Assembly (NCBI GenBank): GCA_965222115.1
Contig: CBDCTJ010000007.1
Coordinates: 1,600,001 to 1,664,000 of the forward strand
DNA length: 64,000 nucleotides
Reading direction: 5' to 3'
Origin: Planctomycetota bacterium
Lineage (GTDB): Bacteria; Planctomycetota; PLA2; JAEUHO01
Below the pieces are notes generated by a model. That model was not told the DNA's origin. It saw nothing but the letters and a program-made list of their open reading frames with translations, and ran no database searches. Below are positions 10,013 through 18,859 of this stretch, one piece after another. The position numbers and the translations under genes are program-made. Positions within the stretch are counted from its first letter, which is position 1. Each line of letters begins with the position of its first letter.

Positions 10013-10918
10013 ATGCGACTCCATCGTCAACATGCCTGGGGTGCATTCTTGCTGGTGCTCTTCGCATTGCCGCTCATCAAGCCGAACGGACTCGAGCTTA
10101 TTGAGCGTCCGGTGGGGGCCGTGGACTCGTGGTTTGCGGAAGTGCCGGGTCTCAATCCGCGTTTGCTCAAGTCAACGGCCGAGTCAGCGGACGGTAATGA
10201 TCAACGTACCAAGACGCTTGAGCGCGCCTTGCAGCAGTTGTGGCATCACGTGCAGCGAGTGCGTGCGCAGGCCGCAAAGGCCAATGAACTTAGCCAAACG
10301 CTGTCGCGCAGCGAGTTGGATCGCCGTCCATTGGTTGTTCCGGCGCGTGTGCTTCGTGCTCATGATCCCGCACGGCGCCGGCGCTCGATTTTGATCGATG
10401 TGGGGGCCGACGATGGGGTGGTGGAGGGGCACCCAGTTGTATTTGGCAGTACCTATTTCGGTCGCGTGCGCGTTGTTCGCGCGCGTTCAGCACGCGTGCA
10501 GCTCATCACCGACCGCGACAGTCGCTTGGAGGTTCTGATCCCCACCACGAGCGGAGAAATGGTGCGTGGGTATGCGCGGCGCATGGGTCGGCGAGACGGC
10601 GCGGATGTGCTTTCCATCGACTTTGCGCGTATGAAGCGTTCCTATGGTTCGATTCCCGAATCAGCGCCCGTCTTTACGGCCAATTTCGATGAGCGCGTTC
10701 CTGCCCACCTGTTGGTGGGTCGCATTGTGGAGATGACCGACGCCGACGGCGACGGCATTCCATCCATTCTGGTCGAGCCCGCGATGGATTTGGACACCAC
10801 AACGGATGTGTTCGTGCTCAAGACGCGTTCGCCTCTGGCGGGGAGGGCCACGCGGAATACAAAGCCAGCGAAGCGCACCGAACCCGGTCTTCATCGCAAC
10901 GCGAAACGAAAGCAGTAG
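10013..10918 (+). CDS. mreC: Rod shape-determining protein MreC
   Basis: TM plus coiled coil; ARVL...ILIDVGADDGV, GRV...ARVQLITD, P..LLVGRI; located after mreB. Confidence 0.88.
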   Translation: MRLHRQHAWGAFLLVLFALPLIKPNGLELIERPVGAVDSWFAEVPGLNPRLLKSTAESADGNDQRTKTLERALQQLWHHVQRVRAQAAKANELSQTLSRSELDRRPLVVPARVLRAHDPARRRRSILIDVGADDGVVEGHPVVFGSTYFGRVRVVRARSARVQLITDRDSRLEVLIPTTSGEMVRGYARRMGRRDGADVLSIDFARMKRSYGSIPESAPVFTANFDERVPAHLLVGRIVEMTDADGDGIPSILVEPAMDLDTTTDVFVLKTRSPLAGRATRNTKPAKRTEPGLHRNAKRKQ

Positions 10919-10922
10919 CTCT

Positions 10923-11435
10923 GTGGGTGCGGTCATGCTTTTCATGCTGCTTCTCTTGGCGGCCGCCATTCCCGATGTAGCGCCCTCCTTCTTGGGGCTC
11001 GCGAGCTACCCCCCCGACGTTTGGCTCGCACTCACCATCTACTTGGCCGCGCGAGCCAAGGGCTTCCGCGCTGTGGGATGGGGCATCACCATCGGGCTCA
11101 TTCGCGACTGCCTCTCACTCGACCCGCTGGGCACCAACGGCTTTGTGCTTGGCGCCGTGGCGCTCATCTTCGCGGAGGGAGCGCGGTCGCGGGGGCGTAT
11201 GGACTCGGCGAGTCGCTTCGTTTCGCTGTTCGCGGCTTCCGTCTTGGCGAGCTGGATCTATGCACTGCGCGTGATTCCGCTAGAGGGGGCATGGCCCTCC
11301 TTTGCCACGTGGCTTGAAGCGTTTCCCGTTGCGCTGTGGACCACGCTTTTCGCGGGGTTGTTGTTGTATCCCTTGATGGATCGCTTTGCGCTCCTTGACG
11401 ACTTGTGTGGGAGGTCCCATGCGTTTTCGTCGTAG
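10923..11435 (+). CDS. mreD: Rod shape-determining protein MreD
   Basis: Hydrophobic protein with PD..L and GLIRD.LS..PLG; located between mreC and mrdA. Confidence 0.85.
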   Translation: MGAVMLFMLLLLAAAIPDVAPSFLGLASYPPDVWLALTIYLAARAKGFRAVGWGITIGLIRDCLSLDPLGTNGFVLGAVALIFAEGARSRGRMDSASRFVSLFAASVLASWIYALRVIPLEGAWPSFATWLEAFPVALWTTLFAGLLLYPLMDRFALLDDLCGRSHAFSS

Positions 11436-14055
11436 GTTGATGGTGCTCTATCTCGCCTTTGCGTGCGCGCTCAGCATCGTGTGGATTCGCGTGGCGCATA
11501 TGCAGTGGGTCGAAGGCGCCGCGTGGACCGAGAAGGCTGACAAAGCGCGGCAGACCGAACGCATGCTTGAGGCCCGGCGAGGCGCCATCGTGGATCGCCA
11601 AGGCGTGGTCCTGGCCGAAGATGAACCGGTGTTTCAGTTACTACTCATTGCGCGCGACTGGAAGCATCGCGATCGCGGTCGCAAACGATGCACGGCTTGC
11701 GGGGTTGTTCACTTCCCCGGCTACGGTGGGCGTTTCTCCAAGACGTGTTCATGCCAACGCTATCGATCCGGTAGCAAGAAGCCCTATCAACCCGAAGCCG
11801 GATCTCGGGGGCGCAAGGACACGCTGGTTGATCTGGCACCGGGCGATGTGTGGCCCATTGAGAAGGCGCTCGGTATGCCGCGCGGTGAACTCGAGGCGCG
11901 TGCCCAACGACGTTTGACAGAGATTGAGAAACTTGTCAAGGCCCATAAGCGCACGTGGATCGAGGCCGGAGCACGCGAGTTCGTTATCAAGGAAGCCGTT
12001 CGGCAACGACGCGACGACCTTTCGGCGCGGCCCCATGTGCTTGCCACGGATGTCGATGAATCGGTGGTGCGCCTGATTCAACTCGATGAAGAGGGGGGCT
12101 ATCGCGGACTGTCGGTGCGCGTTCAGCAGCGACGCCGCTATCCGAAGGGCGACTTTGCGCCGCACTTGCTTGGATTTACGAGCAAGGTGGCCACGTACGA
12201 CGAACTGGCCGAGCTCCGCCAGCGCTACGGACACGACATGGTCACACCCGATTCACGCGTGGGTCGCCGGGGTGTGGAGCGTGCGCAAAACGACCACTTG
12301 CATGGCAAGCCCGGTGTGCAGGTGCGCCAACTCGATGCGAATGGCAGTTTCGCCACCATCGTGCATGAATCGCCACCCGAGTCGGGCAACACAGTTCAGT
12401 TGGCGGTGGACTGGAAAAAGAGCGTGGCGGCGCAAAAGATCTTGGAAGAGATCGCCACACGCGACAAGTACTACCCCAAGGGTCGGCCGTCCGCGGCATT
12501 CGTCATGATCGACGCCGTTAGCGGTGAGATTCTGCTTTGGGCGGAGACGCCGCGCTTCAATCTTGATGAGGGACTCGACGAACTCTTTGCCACCGCCACG
12601 GGCAGTGCCAAAGCCAACATCGATGTGGGGCAGTGGTTTCCTGTCGATGCGAAAACGGCGAGTGGCATGGACTTGACGTTTTGGCGCGCCAACCTCGTTG
12701 TCCCGGCGCCGTTGTCGATGAGCCGAGTATCGCAAGTTGCGGTGGAACCCGGAAGCACGTTCAAGCCATTGATTGCTCTGGCGATGCTTGAAAGTGGAAC
12801 GCCGCTTCCCTTCCCGCATTACACATGCAGCCGAGGTGATCGTCGTAAGCCCGCGTGTCGCGGTTGCGGAACGATGGACTTGGCCAACGCCACCTGTGTG
12901 TCCTGCAATAAGTTCTTCGCACGAAACTTTCGTGCGGGCAAAGCGTGGTCGCGGTATCGCGCGTTTAGTGGAGGCTTCCTTCAGCGGTTGGGCATCGGTC
13001 AAACACCGAGTCCAGAACTTCGTGAAGCGGGCTCGGGGCGTTGGCTTCGTCGGGGATACGACTTTTCTATCGAGCGCGTCGTTCACAGCGTGGAGGAGCA
13101 GTTGCGCGACGAGCACGCCGCCGCGCTCGAACGCAAGTCCGAAGAAGAGACGATTCACACCGTAGCGCCCGACATCGTGTTTCAGCGCAGTCGCCACTGT
13201 CCGCCCACGGCGGGAGGGGACCCGAGTTACGTGCGCAAACGACTCGTGGAAATCGTGCGCTACGTTGCTCGTGAGAGCCTTTCTTCACGCGTCGAGGTGT
13301 CTGTAAAGCGACTTAAGGGCGGCAATCGACAGTTGCGCCTGCGCTTTGAAGTGCGCGCGTTGGATCCTCCGCGCTGGTATGTATTGCGCGGCGGTGCGCC
13401 GGCGATTCCCAAGTTGTGGCAGAAATACGTTCGTCGCAAGACGCTTGGCATTGAAGGGCACGTGGCCTACGGCGGACGCGTGTGGTTCGAAGACGGATTT
13501 GATCTCAAATTCGGACGCGCAACACCCCAGGCCCATCCCATGGTGCACAACGAGGACGGAAGCAATGTGGCGCTGGGGCAAGGCCCCGTGCTCGTTACGC
13601 CGCTGCAAATGGCGCGCGCCATGGCGGTGCTTGCCAATGGCGGTCGGCTCGTGAGCGCGCATGTGGCCCATGCGATCGGTGGGGAGCGCGTGCCGCATCG
13701 CTCCGAATCGTTGGGTTTGAGTGGGCACCATATCGAGCGTGTGCGAGGCGGTATGCGCATGGTGGTGAGTCATCCGCGAGGCACGGCCTACCACAAGGGC
13801 GCGTGGGCTGCGGTGCCCGCCACGGTGTATGGAAAGACCGGAACGGCTCAGTTGAGCAAGGCGTGGGCGCCGTGGACGCGCAGTGGCGAAAAGGCGCCCG
13901 CGTGGCACCACTGGTTTGTCGGCTTTGCAGAGCGCGCGGGGGCCAACCCCGTCGCATTCGCATGCGTTTTCCATTCACGCACTGAGAAATCGGGATCCGG
14001 ATCCACGGCGGGTGTCGCCGGTCGCAAGATTCTCGAAACCTGGTTTACGAAGTAA
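11419..14055 (+). CDS. mrdA: Class B penicillin-binding protein 2 with large insertions
   Basis: N-terminal TM; RGAIVDRQG, RRYPKG, GRRGVE; transpeptidase motifs STFK, SCN, KTGTAQ; GGAGG RBS before ATG 11419. Confidence 0.92.
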   Translation: MRFRRRLMVLYLAFACALSIVWIRVAHMQWVEGAAWTEKADKARQTERMLEARRGAIVDRQGVVLAEDEPVFQLLLIARDWKHRDRGRKRCTACGVVHFPGYGGRFSKTCSCQRYRSGSKKPYQPEAGSRGRKDTLVDLAPGDVWPIEKALGMPRGELEARAQRRLTEIEKLVKAHKRTWIEAGAREFVIKEAVRQRRDDLSARPHVLATDVDESVVRLIQLDEEGGYRGLSVRVQQRRRYPKGDFAPHLLGFTSKVATYDELAELRQRYGHDMVTPDSRVGRRGVERAQNDHLHGKPGVQVRQLDANGSFATIVHESPPESGNTVQLAVDWKKSVAAQKILEEIATRDKYYPKGRPSAAFVMIDAVSGEILLWAETPRFNLDEGLDELFATATGSAKANIDVGQWFPVDAKTASGMDLTFWRANLVVPAPLSMSRVSQVAVEPGSTFKPLIALAMLESGTPLPFPHYTCSRGDRRKPACRGCGTMDLANATCVSCNKFFARNFRAGKAWSRYRAFSGGFLQRLGIGQTPSPELREAGSGRWLRRGYDFSIERVVHSVEEQLRDEHAAALERKSEEETIHTVAPDIVFQRSRHCPPTAGGDPSYVRKRLVEIVRYVARESLSSRVEVSVKRLKGGNRQLRLRFEVRALDPPRWYVLRGGAPAIPKLWQKYVRRKTLGIEGHVAYGGRVWFEDGFDLKFGRATPQAHPMVHNEDGSNVALGQGPVLVTPLQMARAMAVLANGGRLVSAHVAHAIGGERVPHRSESLGLSGHHIERVRGGMRMVVSHPRGTAYHKGAWAAVPATVYGKTGTAQLSKAWAPWTRSGEKAPAWHHWFVGFAERAGANPVAFACVFHSRTEKSGSGSTAGVAGRKILETWFTK

Positions 14056-14121
14056 GTCGCGCGTCGCCTTTCGGCGATCGCCAAGAGTCGAAGACGGGCA
14101 GCAAGTCGCAAAGGAGAACTC

Positions 14122-15252
14122 GTGGATCGTGCCCTCGGCCTCGGAGACCGCATCAAGCGAGCCAACTGGTTCTTGCTTGGTTTGGGATGTCTGCTGGCCT
14201 TGGCGGGTGTGATCACCGTGGGGGCCGCGTCGCGCCAGGGCGGCGTTCAATTTGGCGCCGTGCAAATGAAGTGGTTTGCAGTGGGCGTCACGCTTTGCTT
14301 GTTAACCCTTTCGGTGCCGTACCGCCGCATCGTGGCGCTGCGCTATTTTTGGTATGCTGTGGGCCTCGTAGCGCTCGCACTGTGTCTGGTGATTGGCCGC
14401 GGACCCAACGTGGCACGGTGGATTCAAATCGGATCCTTCCGCGCGCAGCCCAGCGAGATCATGAAGGTTGTTATGGTGATCGTGCTGGCAGGGTACTTGC
14501 GCTACGGTCGTAGCTATCGCGAAGTCTCCGGACTCGTTCGACCTATCCTGCTCACGCTGATTCCCATCGCGCTTATCTTCAAGCAGCCCGACCTCGGTAC
14601 GGCCATGTTGTTGCTGCCCGTTTTGCTGGTCATGTTGTATGTGGCGGGGGCCCGTCGGCGTCATCTCATTGGCTTGGTGTTGATTGGCTTGCTGGGTGCC
14701 GCTGTGCTCGTGGCCACGGGCATGATCAAGGAGTATCAGCTTAAACGCGTGTACTCGTTCTTGATGCAGTCCAATGAGAACAAGGTGCTATTGCGTGGCG
14801 ACGGGCATCAGGTCTACCACAGCAAGATCGTCGTGGGTTCGTCGTCGCTCACGGGCAACGGTACGGGGGAAGCGGTTCGCGATGCCGTACGCTTCTTGCC
14901 CGAGCGGCACAGCGACTTCATCTTCCCCGTATTCGTTTCTGCGTTTGGCTTAGCCGGTGCGTCGCTTTTATTTCTGGGCTATCTGCTATTCATTGGACTC
15001 TTGCTACGAACGGCGATCCACGTGCGAGAACCTAGTGGACGGTTGCTGGCCGTGGGCGTCGCCACGCTCTTCGCCTGCCAATCCGTCATCAATCTCGCTA
15101 TGACCATCGGCCTCCTGCCCATCGTCGGCATGCCGCTCCCCTTCCTCAGTTACGGCGGCAGTTCCATGCTCACCTCCTTCGTCGCATTGGGCCTCGTCCT
15201 CAACGTCGGCGCCGACCACCCCGTCGAGTTCGGCCGCGGCGACTTCGATTGA
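14122..15252 (+). CDS. rodA: SEDS glycosyltransferase RodA
   Basis: Motifs RWI.IG...QPSE, QPDLGTA, LPERHSDFIF, GMPLPFLSYGGSS. Confidence 0.95.
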   Translation: MDRALGLGDRIKRANWFLLGLGCLLALAGVITVGAASRQGGVQFGAVQMKWFAVGVTLCLLTLSVPYRRIVALRYFWYAVGLVALALCLVIGRGPNVARWIQIGSFRAQPSEIMKVVMVIVLAGYLRYGRSYREVSGLVRPILLTLIPIALIFKQPDLGTAMLLLPVLLVMLYVAGARRRHLIGLVLIGLLGAAVLVATGMIKEYQLKRVYSFLMQSNENKVLLRGDGHQVYHSKIVVGSSSLTGNGTGEAVRDAVRFLPERHSDFIFPVFVSAFGLAGASLLFLGYLLFIGLLLRTAIHVREPSGRLLAVGVATLFACQSVINLAMTIGLLPIVGMPLPFLSYGGSSMLTSFVALGLVLNVGADHPVEFGRGDFD

Positions 15253-15332
15253 TCCAATTCGATGGATCCGAAATGCGCGTTATGCTTGAGGATCGCATAG
15301 ACCGAAACGCAATCACCCGCAGGAGCGCCTCC

Positions 15333-16690
15333 ATGAAAGCAAGTACTGCGCTTTTGATTACGGTGGCGATGATTACATTGCTCGCGGCCTTCTTGATCGC
15401 GACGAAGCGGGCGGGCGCGCGTGTTTGGGGCGACGATCAGTGGGATGAAACGGTTGAGGAGTTCGTGCGCAATCGTGTGGCGGCGACGTATGTGGATCGC
15501 TTGGATCCCGAACGTGGGCGCGAAGCGTTCTATCGGGCCATGGATGCCTATGTCGACTTCGACCAATACTGCGATTTCATTCCGCCCGAAGAGCTAAACG
15601 AGTGGCGCGAAGATACGCAGGGTCGTTACGCCGGCCTCGGCATCAAGATCAATGAGGTTCCGGAGGGGTTGGAGATCATTGGTGTGTTGCCCGGTGGTCC
15701 GGCGTCACGTGCGGGCCTTGTGATTGGGCAGACAATTGTGCGTGCCGATGGCGTGTCGCTCGCGGGCAAAGATGCGATGGAAATCACGCGCATGCTGAAA
15801 GGGCCCGCCGACTCAACGGTGCGCGTAGGCATCATGCCCGGTCCGCGACCGGAGAGTGGCCCGCCGATGGGACCCGAACAAGAAATCGTTGTCACTCGTG
15901 GGCATGTCACACCGCCTACCGTGTTTACGAAACGCGTTGGGCCCCGCAAAGACATTGGCTTGATACGACTCAAGGACTTTAGCGATGAGTCGGCCGATGC
16001 CTTTGACCGAGGCATTACGCAACTCGTTTCGACCACGCCACCCGTGCAGGCATTGATCCTGGACTTGCGTCACAACGGTGGCGGCGTGTTGGAAGCCGCC
16101 ATTCGCGTGGCCGATCGCTTTCTTGATACCGGCGACATTGTTCGCATGGAGGGTCGCGTGGCGGCCACCAATCGTCGCCGCGGTGCCGCTCGCGATGACA
16201 ACGACGTATTGCATGTCCCGCTGGTCGTACTCGTGGATGGCCACAGCGCGAGTGCAAGCGAAGTCGTTGCCGGTGCACTGCAGGATCACCGACGTGCGGT
16301 CATAGTGGGTTCGCGCACGTACGGGAAGTTCTTGGTGCATCGATTACCGAGATTCCTTCGCGCGGCGTAGCCGTCAAGCTCACAACATCGCGTTACTACA
16401 CCCCCTTGGGCCGCTCGTATCAGGCCAAGAAAACGCGACCGGGTGTGCGTCCCAAGCCCGCAGGTCTCTTGCCCGACGTAATTGTCGCTCTGGACAAGGA
16501 ACAGACCAAGAAGCTTGAAGAACACTGGGAAGACGAAGAATCGCAATCTTGGGGGCGCAACGACGTTCTCGACGATCCTGTAACCAGTGGCGTCGATCCC
16601 CAGTTGGCGCGTGCCATCAAGCTCCTTCGCGGCGAACTCGCCCTTCAGCGCATTCGCAAGAGCCGCCGAACCGTTCCCCGAAACGGGTAG
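15333..16690 (+). pseudogene. ctpA: S41 C-terminal processing protease (CtpA/Prc), split by an apparent 1-nt deletion at ~16339; true pseudogene or assembly error
   Basis: PDZ domain (GLGI...GGPASRAGL), ILDLRHNGGG, SASASE, RTYGK. Homology continues in another frame as SITEIPSRGVAVKLTTSRYYTPLGRSYQ...GLLPDV...DPQLARA up to the stop at 16690. Confidence 0.88.
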
Positions 16691-16734
16691 CTAGCCAACG
16701 ATCCATACGTTGTCAGAGCGCAAAACCGAATTGT

Positions 16735-17763
16735 CTACCCGGCTCCATCGGGCGAGCTGGCGAATACATCGATTTCTAGGTCCCCGCGTTGTCCGGCCTC
16801 GTAAAGTTGGGCGCCGCGCAGCGCGATCATGGCGCCGTTGTCGCAACACAGCGGCATGCTGGGCACGTGCACGCGCAGGTGTTCTGGCGCGCGCTCCGCA
16901 AGCAACCGTCGCAGTTCGTTGTTGGCGGCCACGCCTCCACCAATGGCAACGTCCGAGATGCCCAATTGTTCTGCCGCGTTCAACGTGCGATCGCAAAGTA
17001 CGTCAACCACTGCGCGTTGAAACGAAGCCGCGACGTCGGCGTAGCTACATTCCAAGTCGTCTCGTGTGGGGGCGTTGCGTTTGCCACCCGGGCCTTTGAG
17101 GAAGTACAGCACCGACGTCTTGACGCCCGAGAACGAGAAATCTAAGGGACGTCTCTTCACGCGCGCCCGCGGAAAGCGCACGGCCTTCGGATTGCCCGTT
17201 TCTGCAAGGCGGCTGATTGCGGGGCCGCCCGGTTGGGAAAGCCCGAGCATCACAGCCACCTTGTCGAAACATTCGCCCGCTGCGTCGTCGATGGTGGAGC
17301 TCACAAGCACTACGGTTGTCGGATCGTGGCACGCATAGATGGCGGTATGCCCGCCCGATGCAACCAACGAAAGAAAGGGAAACGACAGCGTTGGCACGTC
17401 GGCCATGGCCGACACGCAGTGGGCCTCAATGTGGTGCACGCCGAGTATGGGAATGTCGTGTACCCACGCCAACGACTTCGCGGCGGCAACGCCCACCATG
17501 AGAGAGCCAATCAGACCGGGTCGATTGGTAACCGCGATGAGGTCGATGTCGCCCATCGTCGCGTTGGCGTCGCTCAGGGCGCGATCGATGATCCACGTCA
17601 TGCGTTCAGCGTGGGCGCGGCTCGCAATCTCGGGCACCACGCCACCAAAGGCCGCGTGCAAATCGTGTTGACTGGCGATGACATTGCTTCTCACATGTCG
17701 CGGCGTCTCCAGCACGGCTGCCGCGGTGTCGTCGCAGGAAGTGTCGATACCCAGAACCAGCAT
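16735..17763 (-). CDS. tsaD: tRNA N6-adenosine threonylcarbamoyltransferase TsaD
   Basis: Motifs LGIDTSCDDT, GGVVPEIASRAH, HHIEAH, SGGHT, DDAAGECFDK, FSFSG, DNGAMI. Confidence 0.97.
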   Translation of the reverse strand: MLVLGIDTSCDDTAAAVLETPRHVRSNVIASQHDLHAAFGGVVPEIASRAHAERMTWIIDRALSDANATMGDIDLIAVTNRPGLIGSLMVGVAAAKSLAWVHDIPILGVHHIEAHCVSAMADVPTLSFPFLSLVASGGHTAIYACHDPTTVVLVSSTIDDAAGECFDKVAVMLGLSQPGGPAISRLAETGNPKAVRFPRARVKRRPLDFSFSGVKTSVLYFLKGPGGKRNAPTRDDLECSYADVAASFQRAVVDVLCDRTLNAAEQLGISDVAIGGGVAANNELRRLLAERAPEHLRVHVPSMPLCCDNGAMIALRGAQLYEAGQRGDLEIDVFASSPDGAG

Positions 17764-17848
17764 GCGATAAGCGTACTCGACGCGCGCTTCATGAATAATC
17801 CAGGGTACGCGGGTTGCGCCGCGTTGGCTTCCGTGGTCCGATTGCACC

Positions 17849-18859
17849 ATGCCGCGCAACGCACGATTTGCGAGTTATCTGACGGGGATGGTCCTCATGT
17901 GCTGCGCGTTCCGCGCAGTATCGATGCCCGCTATGGCAAAGGAGCCGGCTCCCGAAGGCAGCGCAGCGTGCGAACTCTCCGCCCTAATGTTGCGGTCGTC
18001 CCACGCGTGGCGTGCCGCCTACGACGGTGTGCGAGCCGGCCTCGAACGTGCCCGTCTCCCGCGCATTTGTTTGGACGCCGTGGACACGCCTGATGCGCGC
18101 ACGGCGTTGGAGAAACGGCTGCGGGATTCCGGCGATGAACGCAAGGCGCACGGCAAATCGCGATTCCCAGTCTTCTTGGTTGGTAATGGGACGGTTCGCG
18201 AACTCTCGACGTTCGCCTCGCGCGAGCCGCGAATTGCCATTGTTGAGCGCTATGCGGCCGGCGATTCGCTTATGGAGCCCCTTCCCACACTCTCAGCGGA
18301 CACCGCCATCGTTTTCGCCCGTCGCGATGCGGCGCGCGTCGGACGTGTATTGCGACTCTTGGCAAGTCAGCAAAGCCGTGCCGCCGTGCCGGTGTACATG
18401 GACGCGACGTCTGCGTCAGCGCGCAAACAGGCCTCGACATTTCTGCATGCTGCGGGCGCGCGTTTGGTGGGTGCCGGTGAACGTCCATTGGCTGTTCTTC
18501 ATGTGCGACTCACCGATCAACCGCGCGAGTCCGTAGATCGGTCCTACGAACGTGCAAAGGCACGAGCCACGTCGTGGCGCGTGCCGCTCATTGCTGATGA
18601 GCGCGAGCGCTGGAATCAAGGGGCAAGCATTGTGCTCATGCCCGACTACGAGCTGGTGGGACGAATTGCCGCCAATGTTGGTCGACTATTGACTGCTGGG
18701 AACCCTCCCCCCAAACAACCCACCGCGGTGCACGGCCTGTTGATGTGGATCAACTTGGCCGAGGCTGACCGCGCGGGACTCACGTTGCCAATGGTGTTGC
18801 TTGCGCAGGCCGATCGAATTCGCAAAGGGCTGGCGCATACACGAAAGCCCAAGCGATGA
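17849..18859 (+). CDS. Exported protein, ABC_sub_bind/YfiR-like periplasmic ligand-binding protein
   Basis: Signal peptide. The C-terminus DYELVGRIAA...LMWINLAEADRAGLTLPMVLLAQADRI resembles the INLKTAxxLGLxIPxxLLxxAD tail of these families. Confidence 0.6.
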   Translation: MPRNARFASYLTGMVLMCCAFRAVSMPAMAKEPAPEGSAACELSALMLRSSHAWRAAYDGVRAGLERARLPRICLDAVDTPDARTALEKRLRDSGDERKAHGKSRFPVFLVGNGTVRELSTFASREPRIAIVERYAAGDSLMEPLPTLSADTAIVFARRDAARVGRVLRLLASQQSRAAVPVYMDATSASARKQASTFLHAAGARLVGAGERPLAVLHVRLTDQPRESVDRSYERAKARATSWRVPLIADERERWNQGASIVLMPDYELVGRIAANVGRLLTAGNPPPKQPTAVHGLLMWINLAEADRAGLTLPMVLLAQADRIRKGLAHTRKPKR

